DNA of 64,000 nt, taken from positions 776,715 through 840,714 of the forward strand of contig CAWILO010000011.1 of assembly GCA_963836955.1 (NCBI GenBank). The letters run 5' to 3'. Positions 9,519 through 19,710 of the stretch are shown here, piece after piece. Made by a program: the position numbers and the translations under genes. Every line of letters begins with the position of its first letter. Position 1 is the stretch's first letter. The notes beneath the pieces are model-generated. The model ran no database searches. It was not told where the DNA came from and was given only the letters and a program-made list of their open reading frames with translations. The DNA is from an uncultured delta proteobacterium. GTDB taxonomy: Bacteria; Desulfobacterota; Binatia; Binatales; Binataceae.

Positions 9519-10516
9519 ATGAAGATCTCAGTCATAGTTCCTGTCTTCGACAGCGAACGCACACTGGGCAGCTGCCTGAGTAGTGTTTTTGAGGCCGAGT
9601 ACTGCGATTTTGAAGTGATCGTCGTTGACGATCATTCGAACGACAACAGCCGCGCGATCGCGCGCACGATGCCCTGCAAATTGATCGAGCTGCCAATCAA
9701 CGGTGGCCCTGCCGCGGCAAGAAATTGTGGAGCAGCCGCTGCATCCGGCTCACTACTGTTCTTCCTCGACGCCGACATTCTGATTCGCCCCGACTCGCTA
9801 GGCCGAGTTGCGGGAATGTTCGCTCGGCGGCCAGATATCGCCGCGCTGTTCGGCTCGTATCAAGCCGACACCCCATCCCCCGATTTTTTTTCCCAATACA
9901 CAAGAACCTGCTTCATCACTATACGCATCAGATTTCACATTCGGAGGCGACCACGTTTGCAAGCGGGTTCGGTGCGGTGCGGGCCGAGGTCTTCGCCTCC
10001 CTCGGAGGCTTCGATCCGGCCCAGCGCTTTCTTGAGGACATCGAGTTCGGTTACCGCATGCACAGCGCCGGCCATCGCATATGGCTCGACAAGCAACTTC
10101 AGCTGACGCATTGCAATCGCTACACGTTCGCGAGCCTAGTCCGCTCCGATTTTTTCGGCCGAGCAATTCCCTGGGCGCACCTGATGCTAAAGCGTCGGAT
10201 TTTCCAAAATGATCTGAACACCAGGCTGAGTAACGTGGTCAGTGTTCCGGTTTCGGTACTGCTGCTTGCCGCACCACTTTCGATTCGCTCCGCATGGGTT
10301 GGAACAGTCGCATTGACGCTGATCATGTTGTTCCTGGTTCTTAATCGTGGATTCCTTAAATTTGTGTTGTGGCAGAGGGGTTGGCGGTTCACGCTTGAGG
10401 CCGCTGTGATGACGTGGTTTGCATACTTGTACAGCGCCTTGGGTGCGCTCGCCGGCTTCGCTGGTTACTTGCGAGAGCGGCTCAGCGGTAGCGACGAAAT
10501 GGAGCCGGATGCCTGA
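9519..10516 (+). pseudogene. GT2 glycosyltransferase (polyprenyl-phosphate sugar synthase-like, with C-terminal TM helices) frameshifted at a C5-T8 homopolymer at 9877-9891
   Basis: MKISVIVPVFDSE...VIVVDDHSNDNS...LFFLDADI in frame 1 continues in another frame as RFFFPIHKNLLHHYTHQIS...LEDIEFGYRMHSAGHRIW. The tiled gene aligns along its length with the intact paralogue at 59592..60623. The frame switch maps to ccccc gat tttttttt. Confidence 0.6.
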
Positions 10517-10862
10517 AAGATTTAAGGTCCTGCTAGTGACCTTGCAGCTCAACGACGCACGCTGCCGCGTCCTGGCCCTGCGCAAGTCAGGCCCCGCTAC
10601 ACGATTCCACGCCGTCAAGGGTCCCATTTCGGCGGCGACCTGAGCAGACGCACGTTGTAAATAGGGGCCACTTCGAAGGTTTTGTCCGTGGGACCGTAAT
10701 CGACGGTGATTACCTCAGTATCGTCCGAAGCGTTCGAATAGCGGCGCGCCGGGTTTTCGGGCAGATCTTATGCTGGCTTGCTGGCTCGGAAACGGAACTT
10801 GCTCGTTCGCTTAGACTCTAGCCGGCGAGTTTCAGTTGGCGGAACTTGGCGGCTAAATGAGA

Positions 10863-11294
10863 TTAGCGGCCCAACGCCTGACGGACGGTGTTGAGAATGT
10901 AGAAGAAGTCGCGCGCGACTCGCACTTCGCCGAACAGCGGTACTTCGGACAGCATCTTCATCTCCTCGTTCGTGATGTTGTGGGTGGGGTGGCGTCGCTC
11001 GTTGTCAAGGAACTCCTCCCACGACGAGGTCGAATTGGACTTCGGTTCGGGCCTCAACAGCGCTTGGGCTCGAGGATTGGCTAGAAAAAAAAGCTCCCGG
11101 CGGTCGAGCCTGAGAACTTCTGCCAGCCGGGCGAGGATCTTGTCCGAGGGATGACTCCTGCCAGACTCGAGCATTCCAACATATTGTACTGAGATCCCGA
11201 CGTGGCGTGAGAGCTGCTCCCGAGTGAGATCTAGCATGCGTCGCCGCTCACGAATTACCCGTTCGAACGTTCGTGCCTTGGATCGGGATCGCAT
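10863..11294 (-). CDS. XRE-family helix-turn-helix transcriptional regulator
   Basis: HTH motif LTREQLSRHVGISVQYVGMLESGRSHPS. Confidence 0.6.
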   Translation of the reverse strand: MRSRSKARTFERVIRERRRMLDLTREQLSRHVGISVQYVGMLESGRSHPSDKILARLAEVLRLDRRELFFLANPRAQALLRPEPKSNSTSSWEEFLDNERRHPTHNITNEEMKMLSEVPLFGEVRVARDFFYILNTVRQALGR

Positions 11295-11442
11295 ATCAGG
11301 GGTGAGTTAACGAACAGATGAGCGCCAGCGAATCAAAAGCCGGGCAATCTGGACCGCCGCCGCTTTGAACATTGGCTTAGGAGCTGGCGCATTGCTAGAG
11401 CCTAGGATAGGCCCTCTCAAGTGGCTGCACGAGTTCCGGCGG

Positions 11443-11715
11443 TAAAGATAGAGAGAACTTCTAGGTGGGTCAAGCCCGTAGCCGTCCACTCGTCACAGAT
11501 ACACGGCGAAAATCACGAAAGCAAACGCAGCGACGAGCCGTAATGGCGGGTTTGAACATTGGGTATAGATGGCGCATGCTGGCGCAGGATATCCACCTGG
11601 TCTCGCTCGGAGTCGGCGTCAAGATAGAAGAGCACGCGAAAGATAGAGAGAACTTCTCGCCGGGTCAACCCCGTAGCCGCCCACTCGTCAACAGGTACAC
11701 GGCGAACATCACGCC
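11443..11715. repeat. two imperfect direct copies (~70 bp, ~85% identity) starting aaagatagagagaacttct, about 195 bp apart. Copy 2 lies inside ORF 11513..11818, and copy 1 is a frameshifted fragment of the same segment
   Basis: Seen directly: 11443-11517 versus 11638-11712. Confidence 0.5.
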
Positions 11716-11818
11716 TGCCGGCATCCGATCGGGATGCCCGTCCTTGAATACCGCGATCCATGAACTCGTGGTTCTCTGCCATAGCTTCCCACGCCTGCTT
11801 CCGGAGCCCGAAGAACAA
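11513..11818 (-). CDS. hypothetical small protein (101 aa). Part of its coding sequence is duplicated upstream
   Basis: The ORF contains copy 2 of the repeat (VPVDEWAATGLTRREVLSIF). The upstream copy is out of frame. The coding status is uncertain. Confidence 0.25.
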   Translation of the reverse strand: MFFGLRKQAWEAMAENHEFMDRGIQGRASRSDAGRRDVRRVPVDEWAATGLTRREVLSIFRVLFYLDADSERDQVDILRQHAPSIPNVQTRHYGSSLRLLS

Positions 11819-12543
11819 TATGGCCCCGACCTGGATCCGCTGATCACGCGCTCGACCAATCGGAAAGCGAGCGCGATCAGCTCAGCGGCGCCCTTTGGCG
11901 TAGCGGTCTATAGCAAGCAGGAAGAGATGACAGGCGGATCACTCAAGCCAAAGTCTTTCCTCGTCGGCGGCAACACGACGCTCAACGCGCCAGCTGGCGA
12001 TAACTTCGGCCCAGAGATCACCAACTAATCGATACAAACCCAAGCGCCACCGCCCCTTAAGCCAGAGGGGCGCTGGCCCTGGTGCACAACTACCACGACT
12101 CCAACCACGCGTGACACCGGCCTGATCCTCCCCAATTGTCGCTCGCACGCTTTCCGTGGTTGTCGGCCTGTCCCTGGCCGAAGTGGCGCTCACAAATCGA
12201 CGGGCGTCGGCGCGGCTCGAGGCCTGAATCAGTTTACGATCGTGCTGCACGGCACGGTCTCGCGGGTCAAATCCACTTACCTCGGCAATAGCTTATGACG
12301 GAGGGCGAGGTTCTCTAGTTCAAGAACAGCCCGACTACGGAATCAGCATCCAAGCCGAGAGACCATCGATCGCAAGAGCCGGAAGCACGCCGGCGATACT
12401 AGCCGGCGCATTCCCAAAACTCTAGGCTTTTTGTAGCTTTCAGAGTTTTTACTAGCCACAGATGCCTGGAAGCGGCTTGCAAAACGGGCGAGTTAAGGAG
12501 TATATCCGTTGTGTATCTTTAGACCCCGAAAGAGAGGTGGGCT

Positions 12544-12783
12544 TTGCGCGCTCGGATTGCGAAATGGGGAAACAGCCTGGGTGTTCGGATCCCGAAAGCC
12601 GTCGCCAAGGAAGTCGGGCTCGATGAAGGGGCGAACGTGGAAGTGAGGGTCTCCGGGCGAAATCTCGTCCTTGCTCCTGCTAGTCGCGAGTACAGCCTGA
12701 ACGAACTGGTCGCAGGGATCACGCCGAAGAACCGTCACGGGGAAATTGACTGGGGCGCGCCTATAGCCAACGAGAACTGGTGA
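12544..12783 (+). CDS. mazE: MazE/AbrB-type antitoxin
   Basis: IAKWGNSLGVRIPKAVAKEVGL is a SpoVT/AbrB swapped-hairpin motif. It overlaps the downstream toxin gene by 4 bp. Confidence 0.7.
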   Translation: MRARIAKWGNSLGVRIPKAVAKEVGLDEGANVEVRVSGRNLVLAPASREYSLNELVAGITPKNRHGEIDWGAPIANENW

Positions 12784-13124
12784 GCGCCGCGCGCTACGTA
12801 CCTGAACGCGGCGATCTTCTCTGGCTGACGTTCGATCCGCAAGCCGGCCACGAACAGGCCGGACGCCGCCCCGCTCTCGTGTTATCTCCCGCAGCGTACA
12901 ATCGTCGGGCGAACTTGGCGCTCGTGTGTCCGATTACGAGCCGGGCGAAGGGCTACCCCTTCGAGGTTGCGCTTCCAGCGGACTTGCCCCTGTCCGGCGT
13001 TGTCTTGGCGGACCATCTCAAGAGCGCGGACTGGGCGGCTCGACGAGCAGAGTTCGTAGCCAAGGTTTCCGCGGACGTGCTCGCGGAAGTGACCGCCAAG
13101 CTCCGGCCGTTGCTGGGTTTATAG
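12780..13124 (+). CDS. mazF: MazF/PemK-family endoribonuclease toxin
   Basis: YVPERGDLLWLTFDPQAGHEQAGRRPALVLSP...LALVCPITS is PemK/MazF-like. It sits in a 2-gene operon with the antitoxin. Confidence 0.7.
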   Translation: MSAARYVPERGDLLWLTFDPQAGHEQAGRRPALVLSPAAYNRRANLALVCPITSRAKGYPFEVALPADLPLSGVVLADHLKSADWAARRAEFVAKVSADVLAEVTAKLRPLLGL

Positions 13125-13301
13125 GGAGCACAGATGCCGCGGATCTTTGACGTCATCGACGCTGCGCTGTTCCCCTGTGGCTTCTCCTAACCTGATCCGC
13201 GCAAGGAAGACACAAAGGGTGGCGCGGACGTTCAAGATGACCTTTTCCGAATGCACCGGTCAACCTGATCGCACACTCTCCGGCTTGACGCGGCGCTGAT
13301 A

Positions 13302-13805
13302 TTATTGCCGGGTCCATTCGCCGGCAATCAGTACCACACCGGGCTGAAGATTGGTTGCCTTCACAACCTTGTCGCCTTGCGCGATCACCAGCGCCTGCTG
13401 GAAAGATTCGGAGCACTGCGGATCCGAAGACGAAAGGTTGATCGAGTCAGTGCCGGTGCCGTTGGGATTGACGGTGTACATGCCGCTTATGCCGACGTTG
13501 ATGCAGGAATGGCCGCCGCCGTTAGTGGTGAAATTGTAGCTTTCGGTGCCGCTCAGATGGCCGGCGCCGTCGGCGTGGTACACTCCCGTTCCGCCCACGA
13601 ATTCCACGCTGGTCGCGCCAGGAATCGCGGCCGAGAAAGAGAACCCATAGTTGCCCTTGATGCTCGCGGGGGAGAAACCGGTCTGCGCGGTGGCAATAGC
13701 ACCCGACGAACGGCATCCGGCGTAAGCACAACATCCCAGCCCCAGTATAGCCAATCCAAGCAACCGGCGATTTACCATCAGCTCCTCCGCTATTTCTTTT
13801 CCCAC
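13302..13805 (-). CDS. secreted hypothetical protein / putative lipoprotein
   Basis: N-terminal LLGLAILGLGCCAYAGC is signal/lipobox-like. The rest is Gly/Thr/Ser-rich. Confidence 0.4.
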   Translation of the reverse strand: MGKEIAEELMVNRRLLGLAILGLGCCAYAGCRSSGAIATAQTGFSPASIKGNYGFSFSAAIPGATSVEFVGGTGVYHADGAGHLSGTESYNFTTNGGGHSCINVGISGMYTVNPNGTGTDSINLSSSDPQCSESFQQALVIAQGDKVVKATNLQPGVVLIAGEWTRQ

Positions 13806-14600
13806 AACCCGCTGAACATTCCGCGCTCAGTCTATTAGCCCGAACGCTAGACTCGGTTGCGCTCCAGCCCGCCAATTTGATGGTGCAGCGCGGTCAGTTC
13901 CAACACCAGCTCGGTACGGGTCCGGACGTGGCTTACGGCGACCTGGAGTGCCCGTGGCGGCCCAGCATTACTAAGACTTTTGAGACACAACACTAGCCGT
14001 AAAAGCGTCCCAAATTCTGCTTGAGTCGGGCCACCGGCGTAACGACCGCTCAGTCGAGAACCTCGCGCATTCTGGTCCACCTCGCCAGCGGATCCATCAG
14101 GGAGCCGAAGGGCCCGAGCAGGAGGTCGACAACCCCGAGTATCAAGAAAGCGCGATGCACGAATCAGCCGCCAGCGTATTGTTTGATTCAAATCCGCTGC
14201 GGCGGCGGCTTCCAGATGCGCGCGGCGATCGCCTTTGCTTCAGCACGGCTTCAAGTTCGTCAAAGTAGCAGCTCGCGAAGTTGGGCCAATCCATCAAGTC
14301 AACTTCCAGGTTGAACCTTCCATTCGGGCTGAACCCGCGATGCCATTGGTAGTTGAAGAAGGAAATGACATCGACGATAGCAGGTTCCTCGGCAAACTCA
14401 GCTTAAAATACACCCGAAAGTTTGGTCCGACAGCGCCGTGCTCACGGTAGCGAAGCGGCACGGTTAACGGCTCAATTGTCGGAATGATGGCGCGCGTTCA
14501 AAACCGCGGTGGTTGGGTTCTACCGCGCGGCACGCGAGAAGAAAGCGTTGCCGCCACCAACGTGGCAGCGGCAATTCAAATTAGACGCCACATAATCAAC

Positions 14601-16370
14601 TTAGAACCCACACGTGCAGATGCCATGCCCCGAGCCGTGTTGGTTGATAAATTCGCATTGGTTGAAGAGGTTGTTAAGTTCCGGCGCTTCGAGAACAGAA
14701 TTCGCGAACGCTGCGACCGACGTCTTCGTTACGAACCCAAAGGGCGGAGTGAAACCCGCCTGATTGCTGGCCATCGACTCAGTATGGTTGATCCACGCGT
14801 GTAGTCCCCGTTCCTGCGGCATGGGAAACGTCTCGCTGTTCGGGCAGATGGAGGTCTCCCCGGGGCCCACTGATAGCGGCGGGACACCTACGATCTTGAT
14901 TACGCCAGCCTCCAAAGACCCACCGGTGAGGGGATTCGAGGTCAGATTACCTATCGTGGAAAGGGTCAGCAATGCGTTAGGCGATAAATCGCATGAACAG
15001 CATTCCTGCATTTCCTGTATATCATCGAACACATAAATGTTCGCGCATATGTCACCCTTGAGTGCGGGGTTGGTGAAATTGCCCGCGTTCACGATACGGA
15101 GCAGGGCGTCGCCGGCGCCTCCCGAATGACCCGGCCCGCCATAGCCACCCTCTGATTTGTCGAAGGCGGTCGACGTGTCGTAGTAGCTTATCAACATATT
15201 CACAGTAACCATGAGCGTCGCGGCGGACGAGACGCTGGTAGCGCCTTCGGTGGTCTGCAAGGCGCCGGCCGGCACCGTGTTGACAAAGCTACCCACGGTC
15301 GACGAGGTCACGTTCACCGTTAATGTGCAGAAGCCTGGAATGGCAACGCTGCCGCCCGGGATTGTGCTCCCACTCGGCAAGGTCACCGAGGAGCCGAACG
15401 GGGTTGCAGTCGGCACCCCAACGCCACAGGTGGTGGCGACGTTCGGTGTACCGGCAATCATCAAGCCAGCCGGCAAGTTGTCGGTGAAATCCGCGGTCAA
15501 AGTGGCCTCAGCTGAGTTGGTGTTGGTAAAAGTAATGGTTTTGGTCGAGCTACCGCCCCCAGTGATGGTGGACGGGATAAAGGACACGAAGACCCCGACA
15601 CCGCCCGAAGGCGGCACACCGGAGCATACGGTCGCGTTGACGGTGTCATTAATCAACGTCACTGCGCCATTCTGCGCCAAGGCTCTACCGCTGAGGGTGA
15701 CACCGTTATTCATGCTGATGCTCTGGAGCGCGATAATAGTTCCCGCGAACGTAGTGGTTGTATCGAGAGTCGCGGAGCTGCCGACCTGCCAAAAGACGTT
15801 GCAAGGTTGAGCGCCACCTTCAAAAACAACCGACGAGCCGGGTCCGGTCGTGAGCGTTGACCCTATCCTGAAAACCCAGACATCCGTGGGGCCGCCATTA
15901 AATGTGAGCGCTCCTGAATTCTGCACTGATGACGAAAAACAATAGACGCCTGGGAGGAGTGTTTGTCCTGCCAGATCCATCGGCCCAAAGGGACCGAAAT
16001 CGCAAGCCTGGCTGCCTAGATTATTGGCCGCCGTGGTGGCATCAGTCTGAGCCCCAAGCGCGACCGCATCAGTTATATGTGTTGTTCCCGGAGGCACCAC
16101 GATCCCTGGAGGAAATCCGGTGACCGCGGTGCCCGGGCTGAGACCCAAATCTCCCCTGATGATGCTAGGGCCGGTATTGGTCACCGTCGAGCTACCCAGG
16201 ACCGCAAAACTTGCCGCCTGGCCCAGTGGAGGAGCTGTCGCGGCCCATGCCGGGGAGGTGCCGGAAAGAAGCGCTGCCAATGCCACGGTTTCCAAGACAC
16301 TCAAGTAGGCCGGCAAAGTTAAACTTCCGATCCGTTTCATGGATTCCTCCCCAACGTGTTGGTCCCCCAC
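14601..16370 (-). CDS. ice-binding-like (DUF3494) family secreted protein with a C-terminal Cys-rich domain
   Basis: Signal peptide, then AAPPLGQAASFAVLGSSTVTNTGPSIIRGDLGLSPGTAVTGF...TFAGTIIALQSISMNNGVTLSGRALAQNGAVTL, typical of DUF3494 as recalled. The C-terminal region holds more than 10 Cys (CCSCD...CTCGF). Confidence 0.55.
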   Translation of the reverse strand: MGDQHVGEESMKRIGSLTLPAYLSVLETVALAALLSGTSPAWAATAPPLGQAASFAVLGSSTVTNTGPSIIRGDLGLSPGTAVTGFPPGIVVPPGTTHITDAVALGAQTDATTAANNLGSQACDFGPFGPMDLAGQTLLPGVYCFSSSVQNSGALTFNGGPTDVWVFRIGSTLTTGPGSSVVFEGGAQPCNVFWQVGSSATLDTTTTFAGTIIALQSISMNNGVTLSGRALAQNGAVTLINDTVNATVCSGVPPSGGVGVFVSFIPSTITGGGSSTKTITFTNTNSAEATLTADFTDNLPAGLMIAGTPNVATTCGVGVPTATPFGSSVTLPSGSTIPGGSVAIPGFCTLTVNVTSSTVGSFVNTVPAGALQTTEGATSVSSAATLMVTVNMLISYYDTSTAFDKSEGGYGGPGHSGGAGDALLRIVNAGNFTNPALKGDICANIYVFDDIQEMQECCSCDLSPNALLTLSTIGNLTSNPLTGGSLEAGVIKIVGVPPLSVGPGETSICPNSETFPMPQERGLHAWINHTESMASNQAGFTPPFGFVTKTSVAAFANSVLEAPELNNLFNQCEFINQHGSGHGICTCGF

Positions 16371-17408
16371 GCTTGTTGCGGATGTCCTCTACTGAAGTAG
16401 GCTTTTAATAACACTTTGGCTAGCGACGGACAAATCAGGCGAATGCGGGCACAGTTCGATCTGTCGAACGTCGGACGCAGGCCCGGCGACAAGGGTTTAC
16501 GGGAACGTTGAGCAGCGACAGGTGCGCTCTCCGGGGTCGCTGCCGGTCAGAAATCGCGCAATCGCGCAATCTCGTCTCCGCTCAACGTCCCCAGCTCAAG
16601 CAGCGCCCGCGCGATGGCGACCACGACGAGTTCCCGAGCCCGAAGGCGGGCTGAGCTGTTCTTCGGATAGCCCTCTCATCACCAACCACGACGGTTTGCC
16701 GGCGCCGCTCCGCTCAAGCATCCACAGAGATGCTCGACGCGAGTCATCAGGGTCCGCAATTCGCGCGGCAGTATTCTGGCTGAAGAAAATGCCGACTTCG
16801 GCATTTTCATTCTTTCTGGCGTCGAAGATCACGTGCTAATCTTCGACGCGACCGGTGAACATTCTATGGACTCTAGGAATGGCTACCGCATCGATCGCTA
16901 CCGCCCGCGCGTGGAAGGTAGGGTCCCTCTCACAACAGTCTCCCCCGAGATGCCCATGAGCACCGCGGACGACTCCCCCCGCTGCTGCCCCGGAACATGC
17001 CCCATTTTGAGTTGGGGCACAAATTATTGCTTAGAACTTTCAGCGTGCAGGCGCCAATACTTCTTTCCTATAGACCTAATAGCCGCGAGCTATTAAGTCG
17101 CAGGTCGCTGCAAGAGCGAATTTGCTATAGAAACGTGATGTAAGTGAGGCAGATAAGCGAATCTCAACGACGAGCGAGATCAGGCTGCAGCTTTGTCGGT
17201 CTCCGAGACCGGCGATGACGGATTTAAACCCGACCTCTTATCTCGTTGTCTGGCTTCTGGGTGTGCTGCATTTCTCAAAAATGCAAGGCTTACCTCGAGA
17301 GAACTTATTCTTTGCTCTGTTGTTCTTGAGTCGCATCCTGAGCAGATGCCGAGACGGCATTCTTCTCGCTCCCATCCAATCGCATCGTCAGCAGGAAGGA
17401 CGCACTAA

Positions 17409-18526
17409 ATGAAAATCACCAGCAGCGTCAGGGCCAAACATCGCGGTGTGACGTATGTCGTCGCCATCCTTACGTGTTCTCTCGTGTTCGCGAAGATCGG
17501 GCAGGCCTGCACCGGCATCAGGCTCATAGCCGAGGACGGGACCGTGGTCTACGCGCGCACACTGGAGTTCGGCGTCGATCTCGACTCGGACGTGCTCATG
17601 GTGCCGCGCGGTTATGCACGAACTGGTACCACGCCACAGGGCGAGAATGGACTTAGGTGGACCTCCAAGTATGCTTCGGTCGGTGCCAATGGTGTCGGGC
17701 TGCCGTATTTGTTCGATGGTCTCAATGAGAAGGGCTTGGCCGTCGGCTTATTCTATTTTCCCACTACCGCCGGCTATGCGAGATACAACGCTGCCGAGGC
17801 CTCCAAGACGATTGCACCCTGGCAGGTCGGTTCGTGGGTTTTGGAAAATTTCGCGACGGTCGAAGAGGTCAAACAAAACATTGGAAGTGTCGCGGTCGCG
17901 GAGGTCGTATTCAAGCAATGGGGCTTCGTGCCGCCGGTGCACTTCGTGGTTCATGACGCCTCGGGCAAGAGCATCGTGATCGAATACGTTGAAGGAAAAC
18001 TCCATGTTCATGACAACGTGATAGGGGTGATGACCAATTCGCCAACCTTCGACTGGCATATGACCAATCTGCGCAACTATGTGAACTTCTCTATGGTGAA
18101 TAAACCGCCGATAGAAGTCGGCGGTGTCAGCCTGACCGCGCTTGGCCAGGGCACCGGGATGCTAGGGATGCCGGGCGATTTTACTCCGCCGTCGCGGTTC
18201 GTCCGGGCCGTGGCTTACACCACCTCGGTTCTACCTTCCAGGACCGGCGCCGAGGCGGTGCTCCAGGCATTTCACATTTTGAACAACTTCGACATTCCTG
18301 AAGGCGCTGCCCGCGAAGAAGCAGAAGGACGCGAACGGCAACATCGTCTCCGATCGCACCATCTGGACGAGTGCTGCGGACCTAAAGGCTAGGCGATTCT
18401 ATTTCCGAACTTACGAGAACAGCCAGATTCGTTCAGTGGATCTGATGAAAATGCCGCTCGCTGCCAAAGACATTGCCAGGATTTCGATGAAAGGCCCGGA
18501 GGTCATCAAATCACTGAACCCCTAAG
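17409..18526 (+). pseudogene. choloylglycine hydrolase / linear amide C-N hydrolase (Ntn hydrolase, penicillin V acylase/BSH family), frameshifted near 18310-18340
   Basis: Signal, then the nucleophile context AKIGQACTGIRL. The track ORF ends in a junk tail (EEAEGRERQHRL...). The adjacent frame reads NGNIVSDRTIWTSAADLKARRFYFRTYENSQIRSVDLMKMPL...SLNP and ends with a stop near 18526, which is the typical family C-terminus. Confidence 0.6.
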
Positions 18527-19101
18527 CGGGCTAACAGTGTCGCATGGGTGAAGCGGCGCGACCCTCTACGCTCGGTTCAGCGTTTACTGATGGCCCGGGG
18601 CACGGAGTTCGGCCCTGACGCAAGCACAGCTGGAACTTCGATTTCGAGCGGTATGCGCGACGCTATCGACCCTTGTAACGTGCCTATGCCAACCGGCTCG
18701 AATCGTGCGTCGCAGAACTCCTCGGCTGCCTTTGCAACAACCTAGCCTTCGGGGCTCTCTACCAGGATAAGGAGCCGAGGATCGAATTAGTTACCACGTA
18801 TGGCAAGGCCACGAAGAGAAGGATGATCCAGATCAACGACCGCTGCGCGCCGAGGCGAGGAGAAAACACTTAGCTATAGACAACACACGTCGGAGACTTG
18901 AACGCCTCTTTCAGAGAAGGCGCGGCCCCCGTGCCGATGGCCGCAAGGTCGGCAGCCGCGAGCGCGCGGCTTGAGCGGGCGAAGATCGAGAAGTTGCGCT
19001 CTTCAGCTCCGCAAGCCTTTGCCGTCTTGAGGCTGTGGAGGTGTTCGATCGTAACTGCATATAGCGAGGCCTTGAAATCGGACTGTTTCTGGCCCGCTTG
19101 T

Positions 19102-19710
19102 TCAATCGCTCGAGTGCGCCCGTGGAGAGCGATTTGCGAGCACTGCACCGCAGCTCAACACCAGCAGGGTCATCGCGGCAGAGAGCCGAAACGCGAGCAC
19201 GCAATACAGAGCGGTCAACAAAATATCTCCCGCAACAAGCATGATGTCGTAGGCTGCTTGTCCTATGCGATCGAGTTCGCCGGTCAGCGCATGGGTAAAA
19301 TCCGATGCTCGGCTGCGGCAAATGAACAGCCAGTCAGCGTTCGCGATCGCGCGATAGAGCCGCAGACGCATATCGAGCACAAACTGCTGCTCGACCGCGA
19401 ACATCGCCACGCTCTGCAGCCTGCCGACGATCGTTCGCAGCGCAATCAGCGCCACCCACATAGCGAGCAGAATTTCCAGTGACGGAGTGACCCCCAGAGC
19501 AGAAAATGCGCGTTCGATCACGCGCGCGTAGCCGCCCGCTGAACCTTGGCCGGCAAGGTTCATTCCCGCCGCTTCGAGGGTCGGTAGCAACAGCAGGATA
19601 CCGAAGCCTTCAGTGAGAGAGAACGCAACCATCAAGACAACCGCGCCGCCCAGACGCCATCGCGTGGCCCGCGCAAGTTGAGAGAAGAAGATGCGCGCGG
19701 TACGTCCCAT
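19102..19710 (-). pseudogene. ABC exporter transmembrane domain (type I exporter, McjD-like position). Only about 4 TM helices are present. The 3' part, including the ATPase, is absent
   Basis: 202-aa ORF with an ABC-exporter TMD-like N-terminus (RWRLGGAVVLMVAFSLTEGFGILLLLP...). No Walker/LSGGQ motifs appear in any frame in the 575 bp downstream. Confidence 0.5.

Noticed and set aside
11465-12028. 187-aa plus-strand ORF spanning the two direct repeats
   Set aside because: It reads straight through both repeat copies and overlaps a better-looking minus-strand ORF. The sequence is low-complexity and I see no domain. It is likely a spurious open frame.
16550-16573. aatcgcgc x2.5 micro-repeat
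   Set aside because: Too short and degenerate to mean anything on its own. It lies in a non-coding stretch with no other features.
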